A stretch of DNA of 64,000 bases from Trichoplax adhaerens. Lineage: Eukaryota > Animalia > Placozoa. Under the pieces are notes generated by a model. The model saw nothing but the letters and a program-made list of their open reading frames with translations, was not told the origin of the DNA and made no database searches. The position numbers were made by a program, and so were the translations under genes. Below, one piece after another: positions 49,142 through 61,464 of the stretch (positions are counted from its first letter, which is position 1; each line of letters begins with the position of its first letter). The DNA lies in the NCBI RefSeq assembly GCF_000150275.1, contig NW_002060963.1:381502-445501 (forward strand), read 5' to 3'.

Positions 49142-51172
49142 CTATAATTTGGATATCTGTTTAACACTGTAGTTTCCGGTCATGTAAAATATATTAACAT
49201 TCTCATGCTTCATAACAAAGTGCAGTTTGTCATCATCTTCATCTTGCCATGTGAAGGTATCTAAAAGCTGATGTTCAAACATTTGCTTGTAATAGCTAGC
49301 GGATAATTCAGTTAAGCAGGCAGGATTAAAATCACGACCGAACGATGTCCGATATGCAGATGAACCAGATGAAACTGCCTTACTTGCAGCATCAAAACAA
49401 GCTGAGATATAGACAGCATTATTGACATGTTGGTTAATGTCGATATCATTGGACCTAATGGTAAAAGAGTACTTGAAGGCTTTGATAGGAATCTGGTTAG
49501 GGCATGTCACCTACAATAGGTAATAAATAATCGCATACATGCATTAGCTAAGAAATCAATCAAAGAATTTTAATAGTTCATTTTGAATTATATGTATGTA
49601 AGTAATGGTCCATTCACAATACGTACCTTTGAGTAACTCTTCTTATTTAATAAGGGGGCAAGAGCTTCTAATAACATTATACTGTCAGGAATATTAGCTA
49701 CACGACCATGATTAACTGAGACCAGTTTGGTCGATATAGTGAGTAGTTTATTGGAACCTACTTTCAATATGTGGTCAAATATTACCGAAGTACGATTCAT
49801 ACTAGCCAGTTGTATGCTACATTTTACAAGAGCATCTGGAAGAATAGAGTAAAAGCCAGGGGCAATTTTGACTTCATGTCTGACAGGGAAGAATCTACCA
49901 TCACTGTAGGCAGCTCGCACGCCAAAAATATCAGCAATATCCATTGTCATCTTGTCAAGAGCCACCTTATAGCTTAACATTGTGTCTAATTTTGCATTAT
50001 TAAAGCGATCTCTTAGCCGATAAAATCCAGGTACATCATAATTACAGCATGTTTCAGAGCGTTGAAGGGGTATCTCGTAAAAAGGTAATTTTTCGGCTTT
50101 AAAGTGAGTATTAACATCAAAACTGGCAACACAAACGATGCCATCTTTACTGGTAATACGGAAATCGATGATGAAACGTTCAGCAACATTTTGCTGCCAT
50201 ATCTCTACTAAAAGATTTTCTTCCCTCACCAAAGACAGGACATATATTTGCATTCTAGCTAATCGCAATATATGAGTAAAATTTTGTGCACCTGGAAGAT
50301 GCTTACAATAAATAGCATGACTAGCAGCATGTTGGCAATAAGTCACATAACAAGCTGTCGGTACGAATCCAGATTGATTCAAATCTTGCGGCCGAACAGG
50401 AAAGGAATGTGAGTGGATAGGATCTTTACGACGGGATATTTCTTTAATCTGAGCAAAACGTAGAGTTAGTGATGATTAAGACTAGGCAAGAACACAATAC
50501 TTGCGTAAAGAGAAAAGATGAGCTGTGCAAAATGAAGATGAAGTAGGTAGTTACATCAGTGCTGTTACAGTTCACTCTGTTATACAAATTAAATTATTGT
50601 TATTTGGCAGAAATTTCAAGCAACTTAGTCCTGAAACGTATCAACTTAACAAAATGCAACGGTATAAATGGTCATGTTATAAAGAGTAAAGGTGTAATGA
50701 ATCTAGAGTTATGCATTGGATTACTGTAATTTTTAATAAAACAGCTACAAACCTTCAAAATTTCGTCCTGATTTCTATCCACATCCACTTGAAAACGTTC
50801 GTGATTATCTACTGCTCGTCTATTAATAATTACTTGGCATAATTCGTCTTTGTGAGACTCCTCAGACTGATTAGAGAATGTTAATCTAGCCATAGCACGA
50901 AGATGATGATCGGAAATTTGGGGTACTTGAACTTGGATATCGCAAGCACCACCACATTGCAGGGCATTAAATTGTGGAGTAAAATTAAAAACTATCGTCG
51001 TCGTGATAAGTTGACTGACAGCATGACTTACTACAGTCGAAGAATTCTCTTTTAAGCATTTATCAATGAAATAATCAAGGGTTAGGATGGCATTTTCCAA
51101 GTCGGCCATGGCATATCGATTAATTCCATAGGTAAAATTACGCACTTGATGAAACTGTTGTTGGATCGCCAT
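49142..51172 (-). CDS. Multi-hotdog-fold acyl-ACP/acyl-CoA thioesterase-like protein, 3 exons (51172-50753, 50448-49627, 49510-49142), ~536 aa
   Basis: The C-terminal FTIRSNDIDINQHVNNAVY matches the FatA/FatB-type D-x-N-x-H-V-N-N motif, and a degenerate copy FPVRPQDLNQSGFVPTACY lies in exon 2. Both introns are phase 0 with canonical GT-AG. Confidence 0.8.
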
Positions 51173-53396
51173 TCTACTTTTTGACGTATGAAGGATAATT
51201 TTACCGCAACTACACTTTCTCTATCCTACTCCCTGTATTCAGCTATCTTGATGCTATCCAGCAACAGTATATACTGTATTCAAGCAAAGCAAGTTGATCG
51301 AGTTGTCTATCGATACCTCAAGAAATCCACAGGGTGCAAGCTAAAGCAATCAATTGAATAAAATAGGCCAGCGATCATAATTTCAATCAGACCTTGACCA
51401 TGCTGTGGATCAAGACTACCGGCTTGGAATATTCAGACTCTGTCGTTTCCAAGTGCAAAGTGTGATATTATTTTTTTGGTCACCACCTTACTCTCGCCAG
51501 CCACGTTCAAGTATTTATACTACCGCTACTATCCATGGAAGTCGGCCTTAATTAGCCAAGTCAAGTGGGTGTGATTATTCCATGTAAAATCTTAAGTTTA
51601 AACTTTGACCTTCTTCCTCTCTTCCTTTAGACCACAGTATGATCAGACTGGGAGACTGGAAAAGCTCGATAATGTAGAAATTGGGTTGATTAATTCAATC
51701 AGTTAAATCTTCAAGTAAACTAGCAAAAATTCGTTCAAGAAATTCAGTCTGTCAGTCCATGGAAGAAGAATTTTACTCTTGTTAACGCCCTTTATTCAAC
51801 AGCAAGTTCTGCCTGATACAATTTTGAAATATGGCTTCTGTTGGACTCTATGGAGTATCTACATTATAGTGAATGGACGCTTAGGTCAACGCTAATAGGT
51901 ATGTTTGAGTAGGCATTGCAATATTTTAGTTGTAAGCAATCGCTGATGCAGGAATAAAGTGATACTACAGCTGCGATCTACAACATATTGAATTATCAAA
52001 GTCTATCGTAAGCCACTTGATCATAAGTTGACGAGCTCTGCTGCCTTTTACTTTGTTGTCTGGCATTCTACTCCAGCATTGGATAACTCATGAAATATTT
52101 TCTGCTACAGGCCTGCAGCGAGGTGTTCAGTCATACGAGTTGCAGCTCCGTTATTTGCCACCGATTACTATGCAATGCAACCATGCCCTCTACTGCAGGA
52201 CTAGCCTGGTATAAATAACTATCATTCACTATTCTTTCTATTGGTTCATTCCCATCGATTAACCGCCCTCAATATTAATCACAAGCAAAGCCAAGCACAA
52301 ACTATTTAGCCATTGCAAAAGATTACTGAACGACCAAATTATCCATCCAGAGATTTTGCGCTATCTAGACGACAAAGTTATTTTAGGTGCTTGCTCTATA
52401 ACAATGAAACTAGAATAATTCATTGTCGGTTAATTTCATACGCTACCGATTTTTATACGGTCAACGTCCTAAACATGGTTAGGTACTTGTTAAATAATAA
52501 TTCAATTAGGGCGATCACTAGTCTGTTCTATGTGTAACCAATCCTAGAAATTGATGTGTATTAAGATAACCTAAACCATAACTAGGCTCGTATCCGATGC
52601 TAACATCAAGGCAACCAATACGAACTATTGATACTATAAATAATTTGCATGAATCAATAACATGATGAGATAATCCGGTAATCCTTTTTATCAATAATGA
52701 CCCTGATAGAGGCATCTTTAATAAGCTTATTCAATTAGCATCTCATCATGATATGGATAACTACAACTTGTATAGGATCCAAACTGTTATGACTTCTTTT
52801 GAACCCCATGCAATACTTTGAGCCGAAATCTTGGAGGTGATGCTGTCATTTCAGCTTGAACTCATGTTGATGGACAATTAATGTTATGATCATTCAAATT
52901 TAATCACTTCAGGCTAGTAAAAAATGGTTTCGCCAAATGAATCTTGATAATATACGGAGTATACGAATGTAGATTAGTTCAATCGTTATTTCAATAAAGA
53001 TGAAATCGTTGTTGGCTACAATCAAAATAGAAATGATCAGACCTGTATCAAAACTAAGCATAACTTAAATAGAAATGATGTCGAAGGATACAATTCCTTA
53101 GCTATACTACATTCTCTCCTGAAATAGTTACGGTAATATTTCATGACGTTGAAGAATGGAAAATGATTTCAACCTTAACATCTTCTACTTAAATAGCATC
53201 ATCCTAAGCAAATATGATTCTACATATTCATTTACGATTTACCGCAGGTACAGTATTGCATTAAGATTAAATTTCTAACGGCTAGACCCAAATTGATCAA
53301 GTGTAAGCGTAATTCAATCCTGACTATATGCTGCGCTGTAAAGGATGATCAAATGCTATTTGCTCATGGATTATCACTTTGTACGTATACAGGAAA

Positions 53397-55485
53397 ATGA
53401 AAGCCAACAATGATCAAGAATCACTTAACAGCTACGATGCAGCTATCGAATCTGAATACCACCGAACCGGTAATAAATCCATATAAATTTTACCTAATGC
53501 ATATCTTTGACAGCACTTGAAGGCTGTAAATATTTTTTTAATGTTTATGTTACCTATTAAACAGTACTAGTTTGATTACACTTTTACATGTAGGTAGTAT
53601 CTAAATACATATTAACTTTCTTTGTAAATTCAATAATAAATTATCAATTGATATCTTTTACAGCGTCTAAGAAAGAAGAAATCGATAGATCATCGAATCA
53701 ATCAAACTATCGTAAGATCGTTGCTGGAGTTTGTCTTGTATTGGGTCTTGCCATTTGTCGAGCAGGAATGGCTCAATTTGGTAGAAACTTATATACCAAT
53801 AGCAATTTCACCGCATCATCGTTAGTTACATGGTAAGCAGTTATGACTGCATTATTTATGCCCATGTCATAATCAAATGCTCTACAGTAAGTGTAGATAA
53901 ATTAGGCAACTCATGCAGGTGTGATAACTAAATCTATTGGCGTTATATATCAACCGAAAATTATTATAATATTCAGGTCTTCAAGATCAACGGGAATTAT
54001 TGTATATCCTATGGTAGTAATGATAATGATCTTAACTGGTCATAGCTACGAAGATGTACACAGGTACAACAAATTATCTATCGTCAAAACGTCAATTAAT
54101 TTGTTGTATTATATCAAAATTTTGTGTTTAATATTTATTATCTAAATGAAACTTGTAACAGATTCTTCTAAATGCTAAATATTTACGGTATTAAACTACT
54201 CTTCTAAATATTAGCAATTATTCCTAATATTTAGAGAGGGATGTAAAATTTTTGGCAAAACTGAATTATCAATCAAAGATACCGCAAAGAAGATACTTCC
54301 ATTAATGTTAATATCGATATCAGCCACATATTTCAATTTTTATGCACTTTCATTAACATCTGCAACTAATGTGACAGCTGTAACCTCTACTTCAGCCGCT
54401 TTTGTCTACGTTTTATCGTTAATATGGCTGAAAGAGCCGTTTCTAGTTATACGGGTAAATATAACAAATGAAAATTTGTCAACTACTTAATATTGGCAAC
54501 ATTTAATGAAACTTTAAAATTGCATTTAAAGTACCGATCATGTTGAATCTGAATGGCATATCAGAAACGTTTAAAGTAGACATGCTTCAGCTTTTCTCAC
54601 ATTACTTATGCATTAGCCACAATAAATGTTATAGTTAATATCGGTTAATGAATAACACCGATACTATCCTGGATAGTTCCGATGTTATTCATTAACTGAT
54701 ATTAATCATAACACTTACATGTCTAGATTTGTAGTTTTTTTCATCTATTAAAATAATTACATTGATGGATGGCTCACTATGTTCTGCTATAATAGATGCT
54801 TGCTGTTTGTACAGCAATCGCTGGTGTGATTTTAATAGCCTATTCTGAGGGGTTTGGATCATATGGAAGTGTTGGTATTGTTTTAGCTACTGCAAATGCA
54901 ATCTGTTCAGCTTTTTATCGTGTAAGTATAGATTATAAAGTATTTAGAAAGAACAAGCGTCTAATTTGAAGCTTACTGTTCTTTATATCTACAACTCATC
55001 AATGATGATTAACATTTAGTGATAATCTTTAATTTTTATTTTTGCAGGTTTTCACGAAAAAAGTAATTGGACAAGCAACTGTAGTACAATCATCATTGTT
55101 TTTGAGTATTTTGAGTTTTCAGTTGTTTCTACTTTGCTGGATTCCTATACCAATACTAATATCAACTAAAGTAGAAGCTTTTACAGCAACTGACTTTCCT
55201 ACAATTCCATTTCTTATAACAACATTAGCGCTTTTAGGCTATGCTAGTATCCTAACAGTTGGGATAGGCTTAACGTATCCGATATATATGTCGATGGGTC
55301 CACTTTTAGCTATTCCTATTAATGTACTCATCGATGTTTTCTACGAAAAATTGCTTTTCGATACTATAAAGATCGTCGGTACCCTTGCTGTAGTTCTCGG
55401 ATTTTTGATTTTAACTATACCTATTCCTATAATAGCATCTTTTTCATCAAGAATGCGTTTAAAAATAGTACGTCTATTTAATTGA
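53397..55485 (+). CDS. SLC35F3/F4-like (EamA/DMT superfamily) transporter, copy 1
   Basis: Exons 53397-53469, 53664-53832, 53977-54063, 54235-54453, 54796-54921, 55048-55485. Motifs include YALSLTSATNVTAV..SAAFVYVLSLIWLKE, GVILIAYSEG and GIGLTYPIYMSMG.LLAIP.N..ID. Confidence 0.85.
54623..54717. repeat. Intronic near-perfect inverted repeat (hairpin)
   Basis: ttaatatcggttaatgaataacaccgatactatcc-t-ggatagttccgatgttattcattaactgatattaa: 35-bp arms centred on 54670 with 4 mismatches, extending imperfectly to ~95 bp. Confidence 0.9.
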
Positions 55486-56534
55486 GTAAATAATAATAAA
55501 TTTTTGATAATTATTTTCATGTTCAACTGGTAAAATAATCTGCAGTCTTTATCTTAAATTATTTTTATGTCTATAGACATTTATTAAAGTCTGTATAACT
55601 GGCTGTTGTAAATATAAATGTTGCATTTAGATTCTATAACTTGTATTGTCATCTATCAATTATTGTATTTGTTGTTTTATAAAGACACATAATTTCCGAA
55701 TCTTTAGTTTCATGTTTATCCAATTAAGTTATTTCATCATTGCGTCAAAAAGTTATTTCAAGCACGGCAATATATTTTGATGGTTCAATATCATTTGATC
55801 TAATATATATCGTCTTTAATACCATACCTTGAAAAATGAAATACTATCATATCCTATTCAAAGGATTTGCATTGATTAAATGACCACCAATAAAGATCAG
55901 TTCATTGAAATCTTGTTCTTTTTTTGTCTAATGTATTGTAACTTTCTAATATTTTGCATGCAGCATCAACATAAAAGGTGCAATAGGCATTTATTACTAT
56001 AAGATACTTTAAACTAGATAAATGTATGGCTCTTATTATAATCATCAGTAGCTCAAAGATATTTCTTCCTGCATTAGCCATTCAAAAATTAATTCTTACT
56101 TTGAAGACAAATAATGATATCTAGCGAAAGAATAACTTTTATGCATTTTTTGATTTAATAGTATTCAATATTTTCTAATATTATAAAACTGCGCCACAAT
56201 ATGCTGCTTTTAATACGTTGAATTACTAGTAAACAAATAACCACAGAGTTATAGCAGTATACAAATCAGTGGTATTATAGTAATATCCACGGTATTCATA
56301 GCTACAATAAAATTGCTTTGTTTGTTCGTGCAACGCTATCAATTTCAATTAACTATCGAAGAAGTAAATTCTTAAAATTATTGTAATTGAAAAATATCAT
56401 TCAGATGTAGAAAGACTAGTGTGTAGTTGTATTATGAGTTACGTTAAATATTAGCAACATCCTAACTCAAAGATGGCATAGGTATAGCTAGATAAATATA
56501 GCATTAGTAGCATAGTTATATTCTCCGTGTAACA

Positions 56535-57190
56535 TATAATATCCATATTAAATGTCTAGTACTGTTGCTGCAACTAATATAATATATTTAACATGGAGCT
56601 TTGATCAAATGAAATTTTAGCTCAATTTACTCATCAATTAATAAATGATTTATAGAAGTATATATGTCATCTATTAGACGAGAAGCTGGATATGTATACC
56701 ATCCTGAATTCTGCATCAAGTTTGAGTCTATTTACTACCAGCAAAGTAGCTCAAACAGCCGCTAGTATTTCACTATTGTCAAAAGTCATATGTGAGCATG
56801 GGCATATGCCAAATACTACTAAATGAGCGTAATGTATGCCGAAAATTATTCTGCATATATTATTATTAATACACATATTAAATATCTAGTACTATAGCTA
56901 TATCTAATATAGCGTACCGTATTTTAATATGAAGCCTTGACTAAATAAAATTTTAGCTCAATTTGTCCATCTATCAATTAATAAATTATTTATAGAAGTA
57001 TGTATGGTGTCTATTAGACTCGGAGTTGGATACGTATACCATCCTATAGTCTGTATTATGTTTGAGTTTATTTACTGCCAGCAAGGTAGCACAAACAATC
57101 GCTAGTATTTTATTATTGCCGTAAGTCTTGTATGAGCGTGCGTATATACTATATACTACAAAATCAGCGTATTATTTGCCGAAAACTATG
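56535..57190. repeat. Diverged tandem duplication, ~330-bp unit x2
   Basis: Blocks atattaaat.tctagtact, aaattttagctcaattt, caattaataaat.atttatagaagtat, ccagcaa.gtagc.caaaca and gccgaaaa recur ~330 bp apart. Confidence 0.85.
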
Positions 57191-58928
57191 CTGTACGATG
57201 CAACATTTCACATTTTTGGTCAAATCTATCTTAGTATACATACCGTATACACAAGCGTGAACTAATATTTAGTAAGAAAAGAACGCAGGTAGAACGAGCT
57301 GAATTATTCTAGTCTATTATGGTATTATAAGTTGTTTGTATTGCTTGCCGCCCGCAGACTCTTCATTAATTAGAAATATGAGCATACTTTAGCTATGTAT
57401 TGCTTATCAGTTAAGATCCCCATTGCAACTTGTTTGTTTCTAGCTACTGATATAAATGTAAAGCCTAGTAAACTGTGGCAATCTATGATATTTCCCATCC
57501 TATAATATAATTATTCTTTCATTCATTTCCATCGACTAGTTACCCTAAGCTGGCCGAAGCAACACCAAACGCGAAATGTTAATCACTTAATTCAGCAAGC
57601 GATTCCTTAAATGATCAATTTATTCATCTAGAGCTTTTATCAAGTCGAAACGACCAAGTACTTCAGGTACGAGTACTTTTTAATGATTATATAACTAAAG
57701 TAAATATCTAGTTCAATCTGCAATCATTCTATAGGCTACTTAGTTGTCGTCCTAAACAGCAAATTGATTCGATAGCTTTTAGTGCATACAGCCCATAAGA
57801 TCATTCGAGTATAAATAAATCTTACGTCAGTTTTTACGATAGCCGATAAGCGTTATAAATCCACTACATTTTCTAACAGTATTTACTATATTAGCCATCA
57901 GAACTATTCTACGCCCATTTGAGGCCCATCTATACATAATTTATCTCAGTTCTAATTCTATTACGCTCTACTGGTATATACCGTAATATTACTGTTATGA
58001 TTAAACTGAAATTCAAAATCTACATACGGTGTTGCTCTCAACCATTAACTTCCAACTTCTATTATTTTATCAGTAGCTCTTAAATCTAAGCTCAAGATAC
58101 TTATACTTCTGTTACATAAACTATAACTAGATTAACATCCAATTTTAAAGTCATGGTCCTAATACTAGCCAGTTAATAACACGAAATGATTACATAAATG
58201 AATTATGTTTCTATGCAGTAATCTTTTTTATAATTAAACAACGATTTGAAAGGGGTAAAACTATAAAATACTCATTTAATTATAATTAGTGATTCATTTT
58301 GATACTTATCATCATACCGTTAACTACAGTTTACCATTTATGAGTGCCATGAATTTTTTATGACACTAATTCAATAATTGTAGTCTAACTAGTTTATATT
58401 GTCTTTTCAGCATCATTGCAGTGAACTCCTACTGATTTAATGAAGTGTTACCGAAATTGATTAAATATTCTTAGAGTTCTTTTGCTTTAGTAGTATACGT
58501 AATATATATAGCGTGATGTAATAGTTAATGCAATATTAACAGTTAATAAAAGTCATTGTTAAAGTTGACCAATATATTAAAATCATGTCTGATCTAAAAA
58601 TATATCAAGCATAAATTGAAACAGGAATCATCTAAAGGGAAATTCTAATTGTAGTCTACTTTCCGTTCTAAGACAGGTAACACCATCTGCGTATAATGAC
58701 ATCGACTTCAAAATTAGCAACTTGTACTTAAATATTCTCGTAAGGAAATGCACTTGTATTCATTTACGATCTATATTACGAGTGCTTTAATTATAATTAG
58801 TTCAAAATTTTGATGTTGTACCCAAGTTAGTCAAGTTTAAAAGTATATTCATAGCACACTACAATGTAGAGGATAATCAAATAGTTCTTACTAATGGATT
58901 ATCATTCACTTTACATCTATGCAGAAAA

Positions 58929-61464
58929 ATGAAAGCCAACGTTGATCAAGAATCACGTAATAGCTATGATGCAGCTATCGAATCTCGACACCATAAATAT
59001 GGTAATCAAAACGAACAAATTTGCTTATACATTAAAATAATATTATAATATAGCGTAACATTCATAATTGGACAGCATGGTAATAAATTCTTTCAATCAC
59101 TACCAGACACTAGTTTAGTTACGCAATTTTGCATATCAACTAAGCATATATAGTATTTCTGTTTCTATACTGATTTATTTCTGTCAATATTTTTAATAAT
59201 GTCTGATGACAAAGAAATCAGTACATCCCAAATTCAATTTAGTTATCGTAAAACCATAACTGGTATCTGCCTGGTGCTGAGTATTGCTCTTTGTCGATCA
59301 GGAATGAATCAATTCGGTAGAAATTTATATACCAATGGCAATTTTACTGCATCTTCACTGGTTGTGTGGTAAATATAATTGTATTATTTAAGAACTCGTT
59401 ATAACTAAATATTCCCAAATAACTACGAATAAATTACAGTACACAATAAACACTGTAACAGAATTAAATTGATGAATTTTATATATCGATTGTAAAATCA
59501 TTATTATAAACTTTATTTACTATTTTAATGCATACTGAATCTACAAGGCTTTATTATCACATGAATTCATTAAATTGCTCCAGCAAACTACTAATAAGCT
59601 ATAGCTACTTGTTACAAATCGAAATGTGTAACAACAAAACGTTAAACTATTATAGAAATTGTGAGTCTAATATCAGGTTTGCCGTCTCTGAAAATAACCT
59701 ACGTATGACTCTAGATACTGACGATCTCCTATCATCAGGAGGAATAGTAACACAAAACTAGCCTCTCCGAGGCATAACTGTATTCAAACTTTATTGAAAA
59801 ATCATTCAATTCATAGTAATCGACATAAAGATTAATAATTAGTTTATAGATATTTAGATAGTATTATAAAACTATGCAGTTAACTACAGTATATAATGTA
59901 TAAATAGCGTCATAGATAGCGGAGTGTTATCTGACGAAAGTATGATAAGTATTTTGTAGGAAAAGTCATTCGTGACACTACCATATCCTTAATCCGATTA
60001 ATGATCATGAATTAAATAAGGGCTTCAAGATCAACAGCAATTCTGGTTTTTCCTATGGTAGCAACGATAATGACGTGTTTTGGTCATACCTATAATGACC
60101 TATACAGGTAACGTTAATCATGATAAGCTACAATAAATACTGGGTTTATTTACATGCTATAACAGAACCCTGTGTAATATTTATTACCATAAAGTGATTA
60201 AGTGAAGCTTAAAATGCATTATCCTGTATTGTAAACAAATGTAGCGGGTAAAATTATGTAATTTTATTTTTAAAATGCCAATAATTGCTGCAAATTTATA
60301 GAGAGGGATGTCAAATTTTTGGCAAGAATCATTTATCAATCAAAGATCCAATAAAGAAAATATTTCCATTGACGATAATAACAATAATGGGAACATATTG
60401 CAATTATTATGCCCTTTCACTGACCTCTGCAACTAATGTAACTGCTGTAACTGCTACCTCTGCTGCTTTCGTTTATATTTTATCATTAATATGGTTGAAA
60501 GAGCCGTTCCTAGTTTTGCGGGTAAATATAACAAGTGAAAATTCGTTAACTACTGAACATTAAAAAAACGTTTGATGAATTTATATCATTGGGGTTAAAG
60601 TATTAATTATGCTGAATCTTAATAACTTAAATGCATAGAATAGCTATGTGATGATTATTTCATGATGTGTAAACACATATGTATAACGAACCTGAATTTT
60701 TCCCATCTTTTAAAGTGATTTTGTACATTTACTAACAATACTGTACATTGTTATATTAGATGCTTGCTGTATTTATGTCAATAGCTGGTGTCATTTTGAT
60801 AGCCTATTCTGAAGGTTTTGGATCATTTGGAAGTATCGGTATTGCTTTAGCTGCCGCAAACGCAATTATAACATCTTTTTTTCGTGTAAGTATATTACGG
60901 ACTGCACTGGTATCAATACATAGAAAGAACAAACATTCAATTCAATATCGTTATCTCTTCTGTTATAGCGGATTAATAATGATATACTGGCATTTATTAA
61001 CTATTGGTAAATGTTTTATTTTAAAGGTTTTCACAAAAAAGGTAATTGGAAAAGCTACTGTAATACAATCGTCGTTTTATTTAAGTATTTTGGGCCTTCA
61101 AATGTTTCTAATATATTGGATCCCAATAGTGATACTAATATCAACTAGAGTTGAAGTTGTTACACCCGACAATTTTCCTTTAATTCCATTCTTATTAACA
61201 TTAATTGCAATTTTAGCTTATATTTCTTTACTTGTTGTGGGAATAGGTTTAACTTATCCCATATACATATCGATGGGCCCACTTTTAGCCATTCCTATAA
61301 ATGCACTAATTGATGTTTTTTACGAAAATTTGTTTTTTGGTCCTATGAAGATTGTCGGTACACTTGCTGTAGTTCTTGGATTTCTAATTTTAACTATACC
61401 TATTCCTATTGTAGCATCTTTTTCATCGAAAATACGTTCAAAAATGCTATTTCTATTTAACTAA
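58929..61464 (+). CDS. SLC35F3/F4-like transporter, copy 2 (tandem paralog; start at 58929 or 59199)
   Basis: Same exon structure and motifs as copy 1 (MKANVDQES..; GICLVLSIALCRSGMNQFGRNLY; YALSLTSATNVTAV; GIGLTYPIYISMGPLLAIP). Stop at 61462-61464. Confidence 0.85.

Noticed and set aside
51830-52140. IWLLLDSMEYLH (kinase alphaE-like) and ACSEVFS (hAT-like) snippets
   Set aside because: Isolated, flanked by stops, with no adjoining catalytic motifs.
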